Below the pieces are notes generated by a model that searched no databases, was not told the DNA's origin, and was given only the letters and a program-made list of their open reading frames with translations. Source: a virus (lineage: Duplodnaviria > Caudoviricetes). From it: DNA of 56,026 nucleotides. The position numbers and the translations under genes were made by a program. Each line of letters opens with the position of its first letter. The first letter of the stretch is position 1. Positions 25,462 through 35,254 of this stretch are shown here, piece by piece. The DNA lies in the IMG/VR virus record IMGVR_UViG_3300025128_000046, positions 1-56,026 of that record. The stretch is one strand, 5' to 3'.

Positions 25462-25576
25462 ACATAAAGAAGTTGTCAAGAAAAAAACTTCTATTGGCAA
25501 CTCTGTTAGGTCACGCCCAACCAATAAGCATAAGCGAAGGAGTTGGAAAAAGTATCAAGGACAAGGGAGAAACTAA
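25433..25576 (+). CDS. Small basic protein with KKTSIG...KKYxGQG motif (47 aa)
   Basis: Below ORF-track cutoff. MAKKQIKVYEHKEVVKKKTSIGNSVRSRPTNKHKRRSWKKYQGQGRN. Confidence 0.65.
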   Translation: MAKKQIKVYEHKEVVKKKTSIGNSVRSRPTNKHKRRSWKKYQGQGRN

Positions 25577-25764
25577 TGTCTATTTTAATGGAAGTGAATA
25601 AGATTAGTGGGAGTCCTACTTTAATTATGAAGGATGGATATAAATTATTAGATTATTCTGAAAAGTTACAGTGTCTTGTCTCTATAAAAACTGTGATTGA
25701 AAAAGAAATAGCTTTTACTGAGAGAGAATTAGGTGACTTTGTTGAGAAACGTAAAATTGTATAA
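25576..25764 (+). CDS. Hypothetical protein
   Basis: Start ATG 25576 (MSILMEV) after GGGAG; coupled TAATG. Confidence 0.6.
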   Translation: MSILMEVNKISGSPTLIMKDGYKLLDYSEKLQCLVSIKTVIEKEIAFTERELGDFVEKRKIV

Positions 25765-25775
25765 GGATTAGTATA

Positions 25776-26030
25776 ATGGATAAAGATTTTTTTGAGTGGC
25801 TATTTAAAGCATTGAAAATTGATGTCAATGGTAGGGCAATGTACTCAAACATTTATAAAAATGGATTTAAAAATGTCAATCGCTATACAAGGGCTGGTAA
25901 AAATGGTAAAGTTATTATCTGTCCTGTATGTGGTGAGCCAGAGTTAGTACACCACTTTTCATGGTCAGCTATGGCGTGTCCATCATGTGATACAAACTCT
26001 CATAAAAATGATTGGTTGATAGGCCAGTGA
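25776..26030 (+). CDS. Zn-ribbon hypothetical protein
   Basis: VNRYTRAG..GKVIICPVC...HFSWSAMACPSC. Confidence 0.7.
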   Translation: MDKDFFEWLFKALKIDVNGRAMYSNIYKNGFKNVNRYTRAGKNGKVIICPVCGEPELVHHFSWSAMACPSCDTNSHKNDWLIGQ

Positions 26031-26269
26031 ATAAATTTAAATTTATACAGGGGAGAAAGTCTCCCGAAGACCGCATTATGTTATATAATAATGTTGCAGT
26101 TTCATTTGAGGATGTAGCAAAGATGTGTATTTTCTTTATGAAGAATGAAGATATTCTTTATCCCCCACCTACATTCAAAGGTGCGGAATTATTTAAAGAA
26201 TATATTAAAGAAGTTTTGAATACCAGAAAAATTCCTTCAAACTTAAAATATAAAATTGCAAAGAATTAA
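26012..26269 (+). CDS. Hypothetical protein
   Basis: 85 aa ORF; NED.LYPPP motif. Confidence 0.6.
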   Translation: MVDRPVNKFKFIQGRKSPEDRIMLYNNVAVSFEDVAKMCIFFMKNEDILYPPPTFKGAELFKEYIKEVLNTRKIPSNLKYKIAKN

Positions 26270-26277
26270 GGTCTATC

Positions 26278-26484
26278 ATGTTTGTAATTGTTCATGATAT
26301 AATAAGAGAAGCACCAGACCATGCAAATAATTTCGACTGCTTTGATATCATGACAAATCCAGTAGGTTTTCCTATGAAGTTTGAAACAATAAAAGATGCT
26401 TTAAAATTTTTAAATTCAATGGGCATTGACACCGAAGTAATGGCTAACAGTGAAGGGGAGATTAGAATTGACAGACTCCATTAG
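26278..26484 (+). CDS. Hypothetical protein
   Basis: 68 aa ORF; AAGG RBS. Confidence 0.6.
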   Translation: MFVIVHDIIREAPDHANNFDCFDIMTNPVGFPMKFETIKDALKFLNSMGIDTEVMANSEGEIRIDRLH

Positions 26485-26662
26485 TCAATACAATGCTATA
26501 GTTTCTCAGTTACATAAGAATGTAAGTACACTTAAAGTACAAGCAAAAAAACAGGAGGAAACAATTAAGAAACTTAGAGAAGAACTATCAAAAGCAAAGC
26601 AAGAGAGTGGCATTGTGAATGGTAGTGCATGGGTAGAATTAGATGACAGCAAAGATAATTAA
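26450..26662 (+). CDS. Coiled-coil hypothetical protein
   Basis: 70 aa ORF; start uncertain. Confidence 0.55.
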   Translation: MKGRLELTDSISQYNAIVSQLHKNVSTLKVQAKKQEETIKKLREELSKAKQESGIVNGSAWVELDDSKDN

Positions 26663-26828
26663 TTTTTATTCATATTGGAAAAAAAGACAAGAGACTTTAC
26701 GAAAGTCTTTAGGGTATCCCGCTGACCTCTGGTATATGATGCTTGATAATGGGTATGACCCTTTAGACAGTGATGATGTACTTCAATTTATAGAAGACTA
26801 TGAAAAGGATGTCATTAGAAATGATTAA
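26643..26828 (+). CDS. Hypothetical protein
   Basis: 61 aa ORF. Confidence 0.6.
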   Translation: MTAKIINFYSYWKKRQETLRKSLGYPADLWYMMLDNGYDPLDSDDVLQFIEDYEKDVIRND

Positions 26829-27006
26829 AAATTTCTGGCAGAGAGATAGGCAATCTCTTTTTCGTAATCTTCTGAAGCAGTACAAAGAAGAAGGCTATGA
26901 TATTAAAGAAGCAAGGTATCTTGCAAAGATAGAACTCAATGAGATGATGGAGGATAAGGAAGAATTTGTAGACAACTTATGGAAAGAAACTTTTGAAGAT
27001 GTATAA
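26800..27006 (+). CDS. Hypothetical protein
   Basis: 68 aa; Y.EEGY..KEA..LA motif. Confidence 0.65.
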   Translation: MKRMSLEMIKNFWQRDRQSLFRNLLKQYKEEGYDIKEARYLAKIELNEMMEDKEEFVDNLWKETFEDV

Positions 27007-27187
27007 TATTTATTATAAAGATATACTCATTAAAAGTTTTAAAACTAAACGTGAAGCGAAGATGGAGCTTGACGATAGAGGAAGCCTATGTTATATGTTA
27101 GGAGTTAAACCCTCTACCGCATATTCTATAAAGAAAGGGGAACACAGTGCAACCAGAAGAAAAGGGATACAAAGGCCCATGTCCTGA
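26993..27187 (+). CDS. Hypothetical protein
   Basis: 64 aa; FKTKREAK motif; overlaps the primase start. Confidence 0.5.
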   Translation: MKMYNIYYKDILIKSFKTKREAKMELDDRGSLCYMLGVKPSTAYSIKKGEHSATRRKGIQRPMS

Positions 27188-28790
27188 GTGTGGTTCATCA
27201 GACGCAAAACATTTTTATCCTGATGGGCAGACTCATTGTTTTAGTTGTGACCATCATACTTTCTCAGACGGTAGAGAAAGTTTTTCTTATGAAGTTTGGA
27301 AAAAAGGATTAGATAATATGTCTACAGCACCACTTAAAAATAATGTTAATGCAGAATATGGAGATATTCCTGACCGAAAGATTGTCAAGAATACCGCTAT
27401 GATATATAAAACATTAACAAAAAAACAAGGCTCTATGACTACCCATCATATCTACCAATACTTTGATAAGAATGGTAATCACATTTCCAATAAAGTTCGT
27501 GATACATTAAACAAAAAATTCTGGTCTGAAGGACCAATGACCTCTGCTGGTTTGTTTGGTGAACACATCTTCACGCAAAAGGGCAAGTACATTACTGTAT
27601 GTGAGGGTGAAGTTGATGCCATGAGTGCCTATCAAATGATGGGTTCTAAATGGCCTGTCGTATCTCTCAAAAATGGTGCGGCATCAGCGGCATCAAACTG
27701 TAAGCAATCCTTTGAATATCTTAATCAGTTTGATAATATTGTCTTATGTTTTGATAATGATAAAGCTGGTAGGCAAGCCGCTGATGATGTAGCGGCAATC
27801 TTTGAACCCAATAAATGTAAGATAATGTCTTTGGATTTAAAGGATGCCAATGAATATCTCAAGATTGGTAAGTCAGAAGACTTTATGACTCTGTGGTGGG
27901 CGGCTAAACCATTTACTCCTGCTGGTATTATTAATCTACATGACTTAGGAGATAGTTTATATGAGGAAAATTATTGTGATACTTGTCTTTATCCTTGGTC
28001 TGGCCTTAATGAAAAAACTTATGGGATGAGAACGGGTGAGCTTGTCACGTTCACCAGTGGTGCTGGTATGGGTAAGTCCAGCATCATGCGTGAACTCATG
28101 CACCACCTCATGATGAACACTAAAGATAATATTGGTGTCTTGGCAATGGAAGAAAGTGTACGCAACACAGCTTTCAACATCATGAGTGTCGAGGCCAACG
28201 CTAGGCTTTACATTAAAGAAGTGCGTGACCAGTTCTCATCCGAACAACTACGTGAATGGCAAGATAAAACCATAGGAACTAAAAGGTTCTTTGCCTTTGA
28301 CCATTTTGGTTCAATCTCCAATGAAGAAATATTATCCCGTGTTAGGTATATGTCCAAAGCTTTAGGATGTAAGTGGGTAATACTTGACCATCTATCTATT
28401 CTTGTGTCAGGTCAGGAAGATATGGGTGATGAGCGTAAGTCCATTGATATTCTTATGACCAAGCTACGTTCTCTTGTGGAAGAAACAGGTATATCTTTAT
28501 TACTTGTTAGCCACCTACGTAGGCCAGCAGGTGATAGGGGGCATGAAGATGGGCGTGAGGTATCTCTCTCACATCTGCGCGGCTCTGCCAGCATTGCACA
28601 TCTTTCTGATGGAGTCATAGCCTTGGAAAGGAACCAGCAAGCAGACGATGAGACAGAAGCCAATACTACAACCATACGTATTCTAAAGAATAGGTACACT
28701 GGTGAGACAGGTGTTGCTTGCTACTTGCATTACAATAAAGAAACTGGTAGAATGACTGAGATTAATAACCCCTTTGTGGAGAATGAATGA
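27147..28790 (+). CDS. T7 gp4-like DNA primase-helicase
   Basis: Zn finger CPECGSSD...CFSC, TOPRIM EGEVD and FDND, Walker A SGAGMGKS, ILDHL, LRGSASI, KNRYTG. Confidence 0.95.
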   Translation: MQPEEKGYKGPCPECGSSDAKHFYPDGQTHCFSCDHHTFSDGRESFSYEVWKKGLDNMSTAPLKNNVNAEYGDIPDRKIVKNTAMIYKTLTKKQGSMTTHHIYQYFDKNGNHISNKVRDTLNKKFWSEGPMTSAGLFGEHIFTQKGKYITVCEGEVDAMSAYQMMGSKWPVVSLKNGAASAASNCKQSFEYLNQFDNIVLCFDNDKAGRQAADDVAAIFEPNKCKIMSLDLKDANEYLKIGKSEDFMTLWWAAKPFTPAGIINLHDLGDSLYEENYCDTCLYPWSGLNEKTYGMRTGELVTFTSGAGMGKSSIMRELMHHLMMNTKDNIGVLAMEESVRNTAFNIMSVEANARLYIKEVRDQFSSEQLREWQDKTIGTKRFFAFDHFGSISNEEILSRVRYMSKALGCKWVILDHLSILVSGQEDMGDERKSIDILMTKLRSLVEETGISLLLVSHLRRPAGDRGHEDGREVSLSHLRGSASIAHLSDGVIALERNQQADDETEANTTTIRILKNRYTGETGVACYLHYNKETGRMTEINNPFVENE

Positions 28791-29293
28791 TGAATGGCTG
28801 GATTACAGAAAATAACTTTCGTAAAGAAGCTGAGAGTAAAAATTATTTAGTTACTAAGTCTACGCGAAACGACGATATGTTTAAGCATATAGACTTTCAT
28901 CTTGAAAAAAATGGTCAGTCGTTTTCAGTAGATGTTAAGAGTCGTAAGAAAGCATCACGCTCTAATGCAAAGTTTGATGATGAGTATACGTGGGTAGAGT
29001 TTGAAAACGTCAGGGGAAATAGGGGATGGCTCTATGGTGATGCAGATTATATTGTGTTTGAGCAAGAAGATGAATATATTTTTATTGATAGGGACAAGCT
29101 ACTAAAGTTTTGTTTAAATGCTGTATCTGATAAATATGTCAACAATTCAACACAAGCTATCTACAAGAAGTATCAACGATTTGGCAGGAAGGATGTGATT
29201 AGCAGGATTAAATTAAGTCACGCATTAGAAAGTGAGTATTTTAATAAGCCTCCAATGATATGGAAAAAGTCTCATGACCAAAGCAATAGTTGA
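28787..29293 (+). CDS. PD-(D/E)xK nuclease-like protein
   Basis: HIDF...SVDVKSRK...WVEF..GWLYGDAD. Confidence 0.6.
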   Translation: MMNGWITENNFRKEAESKNYLVTKSTRNDDMFKHIDFHLEKNGQSFSVDVKSRKKASRSNAKFDDEYTWVEFENVRGNRGWLYGDADYIVFEQEDEYIFIDRDKLLKFCLNAVSDKYVNNSTQAIYKKYQRFGRKDVISRIKLSHALESEYFNKPPMIWKKSHDQSNS

Positions 29294-30908
29294 TATTGAA
29301 ACAGATAGTCTTAATGCAACAAAGATACATTGTATTGTAGCGAGGTGTTATAAAACAAATAAAGTTAAAACATGGGTGGGACAGGAGTGTAAAGACTTTG
29401 GGGTGTGGTCTAATCAAATTAATACCTTTATTATGCACAATGGTATTAGCTTTGATGCTCCTGTCCTAAACCGTTTAACAGGTTCAAATATAAAATTAAA
29501 TCAGGTTCGTGATACACTAATTGAATCTCAATTATATAACCCTATTAGAGATGATGGTCATTCGCTTGAAGCATGGGGTAAAAGACTTGGTTATGAGAAA
29601 GGTGACTTCAATGACTTCTCAGAATATACACCAGAGATGTTGGAGTATTGTAAACGTGATACAGAAGTAACAAGATTATTGGCTCAGAAACTTGAAGAAG
29701 AAGGTGGTGGTTTTAGTTCCAAGTCTTATAAATTAGAGCGTGATGTACGTGCTATTATAGATAAGCAGGAAAAGAATGGGTTTGCTTTTAATCTAAAAGA
29801 TGGTATGATATTACTGGCTCAATTACAGGATGAATTATCTGAGCTACAGCGTAAAGCAGAAGAAGAGTTTGAACCAACTATAGTAGAGTTAAAAACAAAG
29901 ACAAAGAAGATACCATTCAACATTGGCAGTCGGCAACAGATAGCTGACAGATTGCAGAAACGTGGATGGACACCAAAGAAGTTTACTGATAAGGGTAATG
30001 TTATTATTAACGAAGCAGTCTTATCAAAAATTAAAATGCCAGAGGCAGAAATGTTTAACAGGTATTTCCTATTGCAGAAACGCACTGGCTTATTAAAGTC
30101 TTGGATATCAGAATGCCAAGAAGACAACCGTGTACGTGGCAAAGTAATGACACTGCGTACCATAACAGGAAGGATGGCACATGCAGTACCTAATATGGCA
30201 CAAGTTCCCGCTATCTATAGTCCTTACGGCAGAGAATGTCGAGGACTCTGGACGGTTGATGATGTTTCTAAATATCGCTTGGTAGGTGTGGATGCCAGTG
30301 GTCTTGAACTGAGATGCTTGGCTCACTACATGAATGACCCTGAGTATACGAACATCGTATTGACGGGCGATGTACACACAGCTAATCAGCAAGCCGCTGG
30401 ATTAAGAACCAGAGACCAAGCTAAGACTTTTATCTATGCTTTTCTCTATGGTGCAGGGCCAGCTAAGATTGGTAATGTAGTTGGTAAGGGTCCAGCCGCA
30501 GGGCAAATGCTTATTAAAAAGTTTTTAGAACGTACACCAGCATTGAAAAGATTAAGAGAGAATGTAGTGAGATGGTCTAAGGGTGGTACTATCCCTGCAT
30601 TGGATGGTAGGTTATTACATATTAGGTCAGAACATGCGGCATTAAACACTTTACTTCAAGGTGCTGGTGCTATAATATGTAAGCAATGGCTTGTTCATAT
30701 CATGGAACGGGTCATAAAGGCTGGCCTAGATGTAAGGTTGGTTGCTTCAATTCATGATGAATATCAATTTGAAGTGGCTATACCAGATGTAAATAGGTTT
30801 TGTAAATTAACAAAGGAGGCAATGACACAGACACAGAAAACACTTGAAGTTAAATGTGAGCTTGACTGTGATTACAAAGTTGGTAAGACATGGGCAGAGA
30901 CACATTAA
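29274..30908 (+). CDS. DNA polymerase family A (T7-like, with 3'-5' exonuclease)
   Basis: DIETD, HNGISFD, YCKRD exo motifs; DASGLELR, RDQAKTFIYAFLYG (Tyr at the Pol I 762-equivalent site), IHDE. Confidence 0.95.
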   Translation: MTKAIVDIETDSLNATKIHCIVARCYKTNKVKTWVGQECKDFGVWSNQINTFIMHNGISFDAPVLNRLTGSNIKLNQVRDTLIESQLYNPIRDDGHSLEAWGKRLGYEKGDFNDFSEYTPEMLEYCKRDTEVTRLLAQKLEEEGGGFSSKSYKLERDVRAIIDKQEKNGFAFNLKDGMILLAQLQDELSELQRKAEEEFEPTIVELKTKTKKIPFNIGSRQQIADRLQKRGWTPKKFTDKGNVIINEAVLSKIKMPEAEMFNRYFLLQKRTGLLKSWISECQEDNRVRGKVMTLRTITGRMAHAVPNMAQVPAIYSPYGRECRGLWTVDDVSKYRLVGVDASGLELRCLAHYMNDPEYTNIVLTGDVHTANQQAAGLRTRDQAKTFIYAFLYGAGPAKIGNVVGKGPAAGQMLIKKFLERTPALKRLRENVVRWSKGGTIPALDGRLLHIRSEHAALNTLLQGAGAIICKQWLVHIMERVIKAGLDVRLVASIHDEYQFEVAIPDVNRFCKLTKEAMTQTQKTLEVKCELDCDYKVGKTWAETH

Positions 30909-30911
30909 CAC

Positions 30912-30940
30912 TTGACAACATAAATCAGTTCGTGTATACT
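30912..30940 (+). promoter_or_regulatory. Sigma70-type promoter
   Basis: TTGACA-N17-TATACT upstream of the SSB gene. Confidence 0.8.
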
Positions 30941-31016
30941 GATTGCGTTTGAGTAGTTATAAACTTTTTATCAACAGCTACGATAGTGTAGCAATAAACA
31001 CAAGGAGAAAATAGTA

Positions 31017-31490
31017 ATGGCTATTACACCATTATATCTTACTGGTAAATGTTATTGGGCTTCAGTAGTGGAGCCTAACAGCACCTTTGAACCTACTTGG
31101 CAACTTGACCTTTGCCTTGATTCTGATACTAAAGCTTTGGTTGAAGAAGCTGGTTTGAATGTGCGAAACAAGGATGATGAACGAGGTGAGTTCGTTACCT
31201 TGAAGCGTAAGGTGCAGGGCAAGAATGGTCCTCGTAAAGCACCAGTTGTAGTCGATTCCCGAAACAATTCTTGGGACGATAAGCTCATTGGAAATGGCAG
31301 CGTAGTAACTGTTAAAGCCCTTCCCTATGAGTGGAACTATGCAGGTAAGTCAGGTAAGTCGGCTGACCTTGCGGCAGTTCAAGTGGTAGAGTTGATTGAG
31401 TATGGTGATAAAGATTTTGATGTTGTAGAAGGTGGGTACGTTAATAATTCTTCTACTGAAATGTCAGATGATATCCCGTTTGGTAACTAA
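31017..31490 (+). CDS. Single-stranded DNA-binding protein (T7 gp2.5-like)
   Basis: IGNGS, LAAVQVVEL, acidic C-terminus DDIPF; AAGGAG RBS. Confidence 0.85.
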   Translation: MAITPLYLTGKCYWASVVEPNSTFEPTWQLDLCLDSDTKALVEEAGLNVRNKDDERGEFVTLKRKVQGKNGPRKAPVVVDSRNNSWDDKLIGNGSVVTVKALPYEWNYAGKSGKSADLAAVQVVELIEYGDKDFDVVEGGYVNNSSTEMSDDIPFGN

Positions 31491-31498
31491 GTGAGGAT

Positions 31499-31539
31499 GG
31501 GGTGTCGCATTAGGGTTAGTGCGGCACCCTATTTTTATT
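31499..31539 (+). terminator. Rho-independent terminator after SSB
   Basis: GGGGTGTCGCATTA-GGGT-TAGTGCGGCACCCT followed by ATTTTTATT. Confidence 0.75.
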
Positions 31540-32394
31540 ATGAAAAATATTGAAACATTAGTAGAAGATATATATGAACTCTTTAATCTTACTCCTATAG
31601 AAAGGAATGAAAAAGAAGTAGATGAACTCATAGATAAGTTTGGCGATATGCTTAAAGTTCATATCAAAGAATTTATGTATAGCAAACCAAGAGAAGGTCA
31701 TCTAAGGTTGTCTGGTATTGGTAAACCAAACAGGCAGTTGTGGTATGATGTTAATACAAAAACAACTGAAGAAAGTTTACCACCAAGCACAAGGATTAAA
31801 TTTCTCTATGGTTATATACTGGAAGAATTACTTTTACTCTGCGCTGAAGTTGCTGGTCACACAGTAGAAGCACAGCAGAAAGAAGTATCAGTGGAAGGAG
31901 TGCTAGGACATCAGGATGCAATTATTGATGGGGTTTTGGTTGATTGTAAGTCTGCTTCTGGTAGAAGCTTTGACAAGTTTGCTTCTCATAACATAGCAGA
32001 GGATGACCCCTTTGGTTACATAGCACAGATATCTGCGTATGCTCAAGCCAATGGCATAGATAAAGCAGCTTTCCTTGCTATAGATAAATCTACAGGTAAG
32101 ATTTGCTTAACACCTGTTCATTCAATGGAGATGATAAATGCTGGTGACAGGGTTAAGAAAATTAAAAAAATTGTGGCAGGAGACAACGTACCTAATAGGT
32201 GTTATGATGCTATACCTGATGGGAAGTCTGGTAATTATAAGCTTCCTGTTGGTTGTGTTTATTGTAGACACAAGGAGTTGTGTTGGTCTGATGCTAATCA
32301 AGGGCAAGGTGTTCGTACATTCAAGTATGCAAATGGCAAAAGGTATCTGGTGCAGATTGCTAAGATGCCTGAAGTTGAAGAACTAACTCATTAG
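31540..32394 (+). CDS. PD-(D/E)xK (Cas4/RecB-like) exonuclease
   Basis: LRLS.IGKP.RQLWY, GHQD...VDCKS, Q...Y, C-terminal CVYC.....C; start ATG 31540. Confidence 0.85.
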   Translation: MKNIETLVEDIYELFNLTPIERNEKEVDELIDKFGDMLKVHIKEFMYSKPREGHLRLSGIGKPNRQLWYDVNTKTTEESLPPSTRIKFLYGYILEELLLLCAEVAGHTVEAQQKEVSVEGVLGHQDAIIDGVLVDCKSASGRSFDKFASHNIAEDDPFGYIAQISAYAQANGIDKAAFLAIDKSTGKICLTPVHSMEMINAGDRVKKIKKIVAGDNVPNRCYDAIPDGKSGNYKLPVGCVYCRHKELCWSDANQGQGVRTFKYANGKRYLVQIAKMPEVEELTH

Positions 32395-32823
32395 ATGCAC
32401 TGGAAATATCGTAAGAAGCCAGACCCTAATGATAACTTTGGGTTCGTATATCTTATAACCAATAAGAAAACAGGTAAAGCATATGTAGGTTGTAAACAAT
32501 ATTGGCATCAAGTTAAAAGAAAGAAAGGAAGTTTCAAAGCAAGGAAGAGAGAATCAAACTGGAAAATATATATGGGTTCTTCAAAATTGCTATTGGATGA
32601 TATTAAGAAGTTAGGTAAAAGAAATTTTAAGTTTGAAATAATAGCAGAGTTTAAAAATAAAAGGAGCATAAAGTACTACGAACTTTACTATCAGATGAAG
32701 TATAATGTTTTATCCTCTACCTTAGAAGGTACAGATGAACCAGCTTTCTATAACAACTATGTCGGTGGTAAGTTCTATAGACCTGTTCAAGAATTTGATA
32801 ATGAACCAAAAAGATTTAGATAA
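32395..32823 (+). CDS. GIY-YIG endonuclease
   Basis: GFVYLITN..TGKAYVG, YMGSS, FYN. Confidence 0.85.
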   Translation: MHWKYRKKPDPNDNFGFVYLITNKKTGKAYVGCKQYWHQVKRKKGSFKARKRESNWKIYMGSSKLLLDDIKKLGKRNFKFEIIAEFKNKRSIKYYELYYQMKYNVLSSTLEGTDEPAFYNNYVGGKFYRPVQEFDNEPKRFR

Positions 32824-33136
32824 TATATTAGATATACATAATGATACTAAAAAATATTCTGACAGAGTTTTATTTTTATCAGTTGTATTCCAAGCCATCC
32901 TAGATGCTACAAAGCCAAAGACTAATGAAGAATCTACCAGTATAACAATGTTGAGAGATGAAGCTACGTCATGGTTCTTTGCATCTATTGGTGTTACGAG
33001 TCAGAACTTTCAATTTATATGTGACTATGCTGGATTAAAACCTAAAAAAGTTAGGGAGTTTGTATCTTATGTTATTAACTCTAAAAATCCACAAGAGATT
33101 AGAAGCAAGTTAAACAGTATTCTCAAGAGAAAATAG
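32804..33136 (+). CDS. Hypothetical protein
   Basis: LFLSVVFQAILDA..A.SWF..F.FICDYAG; probable start MNQKDL. Confidence 0.65.
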   Translation, partial: NQKDLDNILDIHNDTKKYSDRVLFLSVVFQAILDATKPKTNEESTSITMLRDEATSWFFASIGVTSQNFQFICDYAGLKPKKVREFVSYVINSKNPQEIRSKLNSILKRK

Positions 33137-33146
33137 GAGATTTAAT

Positions 33147-33434
33147 ATGCAATCTAGGGATGACTACATACTTGAAAGATTAAAAGAAGATAGGGAACAA
33201 GTTGAGAGAGTTAAGAAAGAAGCTCTTGACAAACAGATTGGCGGCAATCATTATAAAGATTGTGGAATACAACCTGTTGAGTATATCTATGCTAACCAGC
33301 TTGACTTTCTGGAAGGTAATGTAATTAAGTATATCACACGCCATAGAACAAAGGGAGATGGTGAGAAGGATATACGAAAAGTAATTCACTATGCAGAGAT
33401 GATATTAGAAATGGTATATGACAAAGGAAAATAA
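33147..33434 (+). CDS. DUF3310 / T7 gp1.7-like putative nucleotide kinase
   Basis: QIGGNHY, IQP.EYI, GNVIKYITR, DIRK..HY. Confidence 0.85.
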   Translation: MQSRDDYILERLKEDREQVERVKKEALDKQIGGNHYKDCGIQPVEYIYANQLDFLEGNVIKYITRHRTKGDGEKDIRKVIHYAEMILEMVYDKGK

Positions 33435-33437
33435 TAC

Positions 33438-35237
33438 ATGTCTCAAATAACCCACCTTGGTATTACAATTAATCCTGAGAGAGATAATCTTTTTGATAAG
33501 CTTGGAATAGCAAGACTTAAAGAATCCTATATGATGGATAACGAACTCTCTCCGCAAGAGAGGTTTGCTTTTGTATCTAAAACTTTTTCTTCTAATAACG
33601 AACACGCACAAAGGTTATATGAATATGCCTCACGACATTGGTTATCTTATTCTACTCCAATACTTTCTTATGGAAGGTCAAAACGTGGCCTACCTATTTC
33701 ATGTTATCTAAACTACATTGAAGATACAGCCGAAGGGCTGGTTAATAATCTATCAGAGACTAACTGGCTATCTATGTATGGTGGTGGAGTTGGTATTGGG
33801 TTTGGTATTCGCTCTGCAGATGAGAAGTCTACAGGTATGATGCCACACCTCAAGATGTATGATGCTTCCAGCTTGGCATACAGACAAGGTAAAACCCGTA
33901 GGGGTAGCTATGCTGCTTATCTTGATATTGACCATCCTGATATTCTTTTGTTTTTGGAGATGCGTAAACCTACAGGCGACCAAAACTTTAGGTGCCTTAA
34001 CCTACATCATGGTATTAATATCAGTCATAAGTTTATGAAACTTATTGAAGAGTGTATGACTGACCCCAACATAGATGATACATGGCATCTCAAAGACCCA
34101 CATACAAAAGAAGTTAAAGAGACTATATCAGCAAGAGATATGTGGCAGCGTATCTTGGAGATGCGTATGCAAACAGGAGAGCCTTACCTACACTTCATTG
34201 ATACATCCAATGAGAAGCTACCTGTATGGCTCAAGCAACAAGGCTTGGAGATTAATCAATCTAATCTATGTTCAGAGATTATACTGCCAACAAATAAAGA
34301 GCGTACTGCTGTATGTTGTCTCTCATCTCTTAATCTTGAGTACTTTGATAAGTGGTCAAAAGAAAAAGGTTTCCTCAAAGATGTATTGGAGATGCTAGAC
34401 AATGTATTAACAATGTTTATTAATGAAGCACCTGATAGTATTGAACGTGCAAGATATTCTGCCATGCGTGAGCGTAGCGTTGGTGTTGGTGCATTAGGGT
34501 TTCACGCCTACCTGCAAAAGAAAGGAGTCCCTTTTGAAACTGCAGTAGCCAAGTCCAGTAACATAAGAATGTTTAAACATATTAAAGCAGGTCTTGATTT
34601 AGCTAATCGTGAGCTTGGTTCTGAAAGAGGTGAAGCACCTGATGCTCATGGTACTGGACTTAGGTGTAGTCATGTCATGGCTATTGCACCCAATGCTTCT
34701 TCTTCTATTATCATGGGTAATACCTCTCCATCTATTGAACCTTGGAGAGCCAATGCCTACAGGCAAGATACCCTAAGTGGTGCCTTTCTAAACAAGAATA
34801 AGTTCTTGGATAAACTTATAGAAAAGAAATGCCAAGACAATGAGAACCTTAACTATGACCGTATCTGGTCTTCTATTATAGCTAATGATGGTTCAGTACA
34901 ACATCTACGTTGTCTAACAGATGAAGAAAAAGATTTATACAAAACAGCTATGGAGATTGACCAGAGGTGGGTCATTGAACATGCTGCTGACAGGCAAGAA
35001 TATATTGACCAATCACAATCACTCAATGTATTCTTCAGGCCAGATGCAAACATAACTTATCTACATGCAGTTCATTTCCTAGCATGGAAGAAAGGAGTAA
35101 AGACTATGTATTACTGTCGCTCTGAAAAGATTGGCAAGGCTGATAAGGTATCACGTAAGATTGAACGTGAGATTATCAAAGAGATTGATATTGAATCTCT
35201 TGCCTCTGGTGAAGAGTGTTTAGCTTGTGAAGGTTAA
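33438..35237 (+). CDS. nrdA: Ribonucleotide reductase class I alpha subunit (no ATP cone)
   Basis: PISC, GGGVG, RRGSYA, SNLCSEI, APNASSS, YYCRS, C-terminal CLAC. Confidence 0.95.
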   Translation: MSQITHLGITINPERDNLFDKLGIARLKESYMMDNELSPQERFAFVSKTFSSNNEHAQRLYEYASRHWLSYSTPILSYGRSKRGLPISCYLNYIEDTAEGLVNNLSETNWLSMYGGGVGIGFGIRSADEKSTGMMPHLKMYDASSLAYRQGKTRRGSYAAYLDIDHPDILLFLEMRKPTGDQNFRCLNLHHGINISHKFMKLIEECMTDPNIDDTWHLKDPHTKEVKETISARDMWQRILEMRMQTGEPYLHFIDTSNEKLPVWLKQQGLEINQSNLCSEIILPTNKERTAVCCLSSLNLEYFDKWSKEKGFLKDVLEMLDNVLTMFINEAPDSIERARYSAMRERSVGVGALGFHAYLQKKGVPFETAVAKSSNIRMFKHIKAGLDLANRELGSERGEAPDAHGTGLRCSHVMAIAPNASSSIIMGNTSPSIEPWRANAYRQDTLSGAFLNKNKFLDKLIEKKCQDNENLNYDRIWSSIIANDGSVQHLRCLTDEEKDLYKTAMEIDQRWVIEHAADRQEYIDQSQSLNVFFRPDANITYLHAVHFLAWKKGVKTMYYCRSEKIGKADKVSRKIEREIIKEIDIESLASGEECLACEG

Positions 35238-35254
35238 TTGAAAGGATATTAATT

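Noticed and set aside
31540-32394. Cas4-like gene as part of a CRISPR system
   Set aside because: Sits in the replication module as a stand-alone phage exonuclease; no array or other cas genes.
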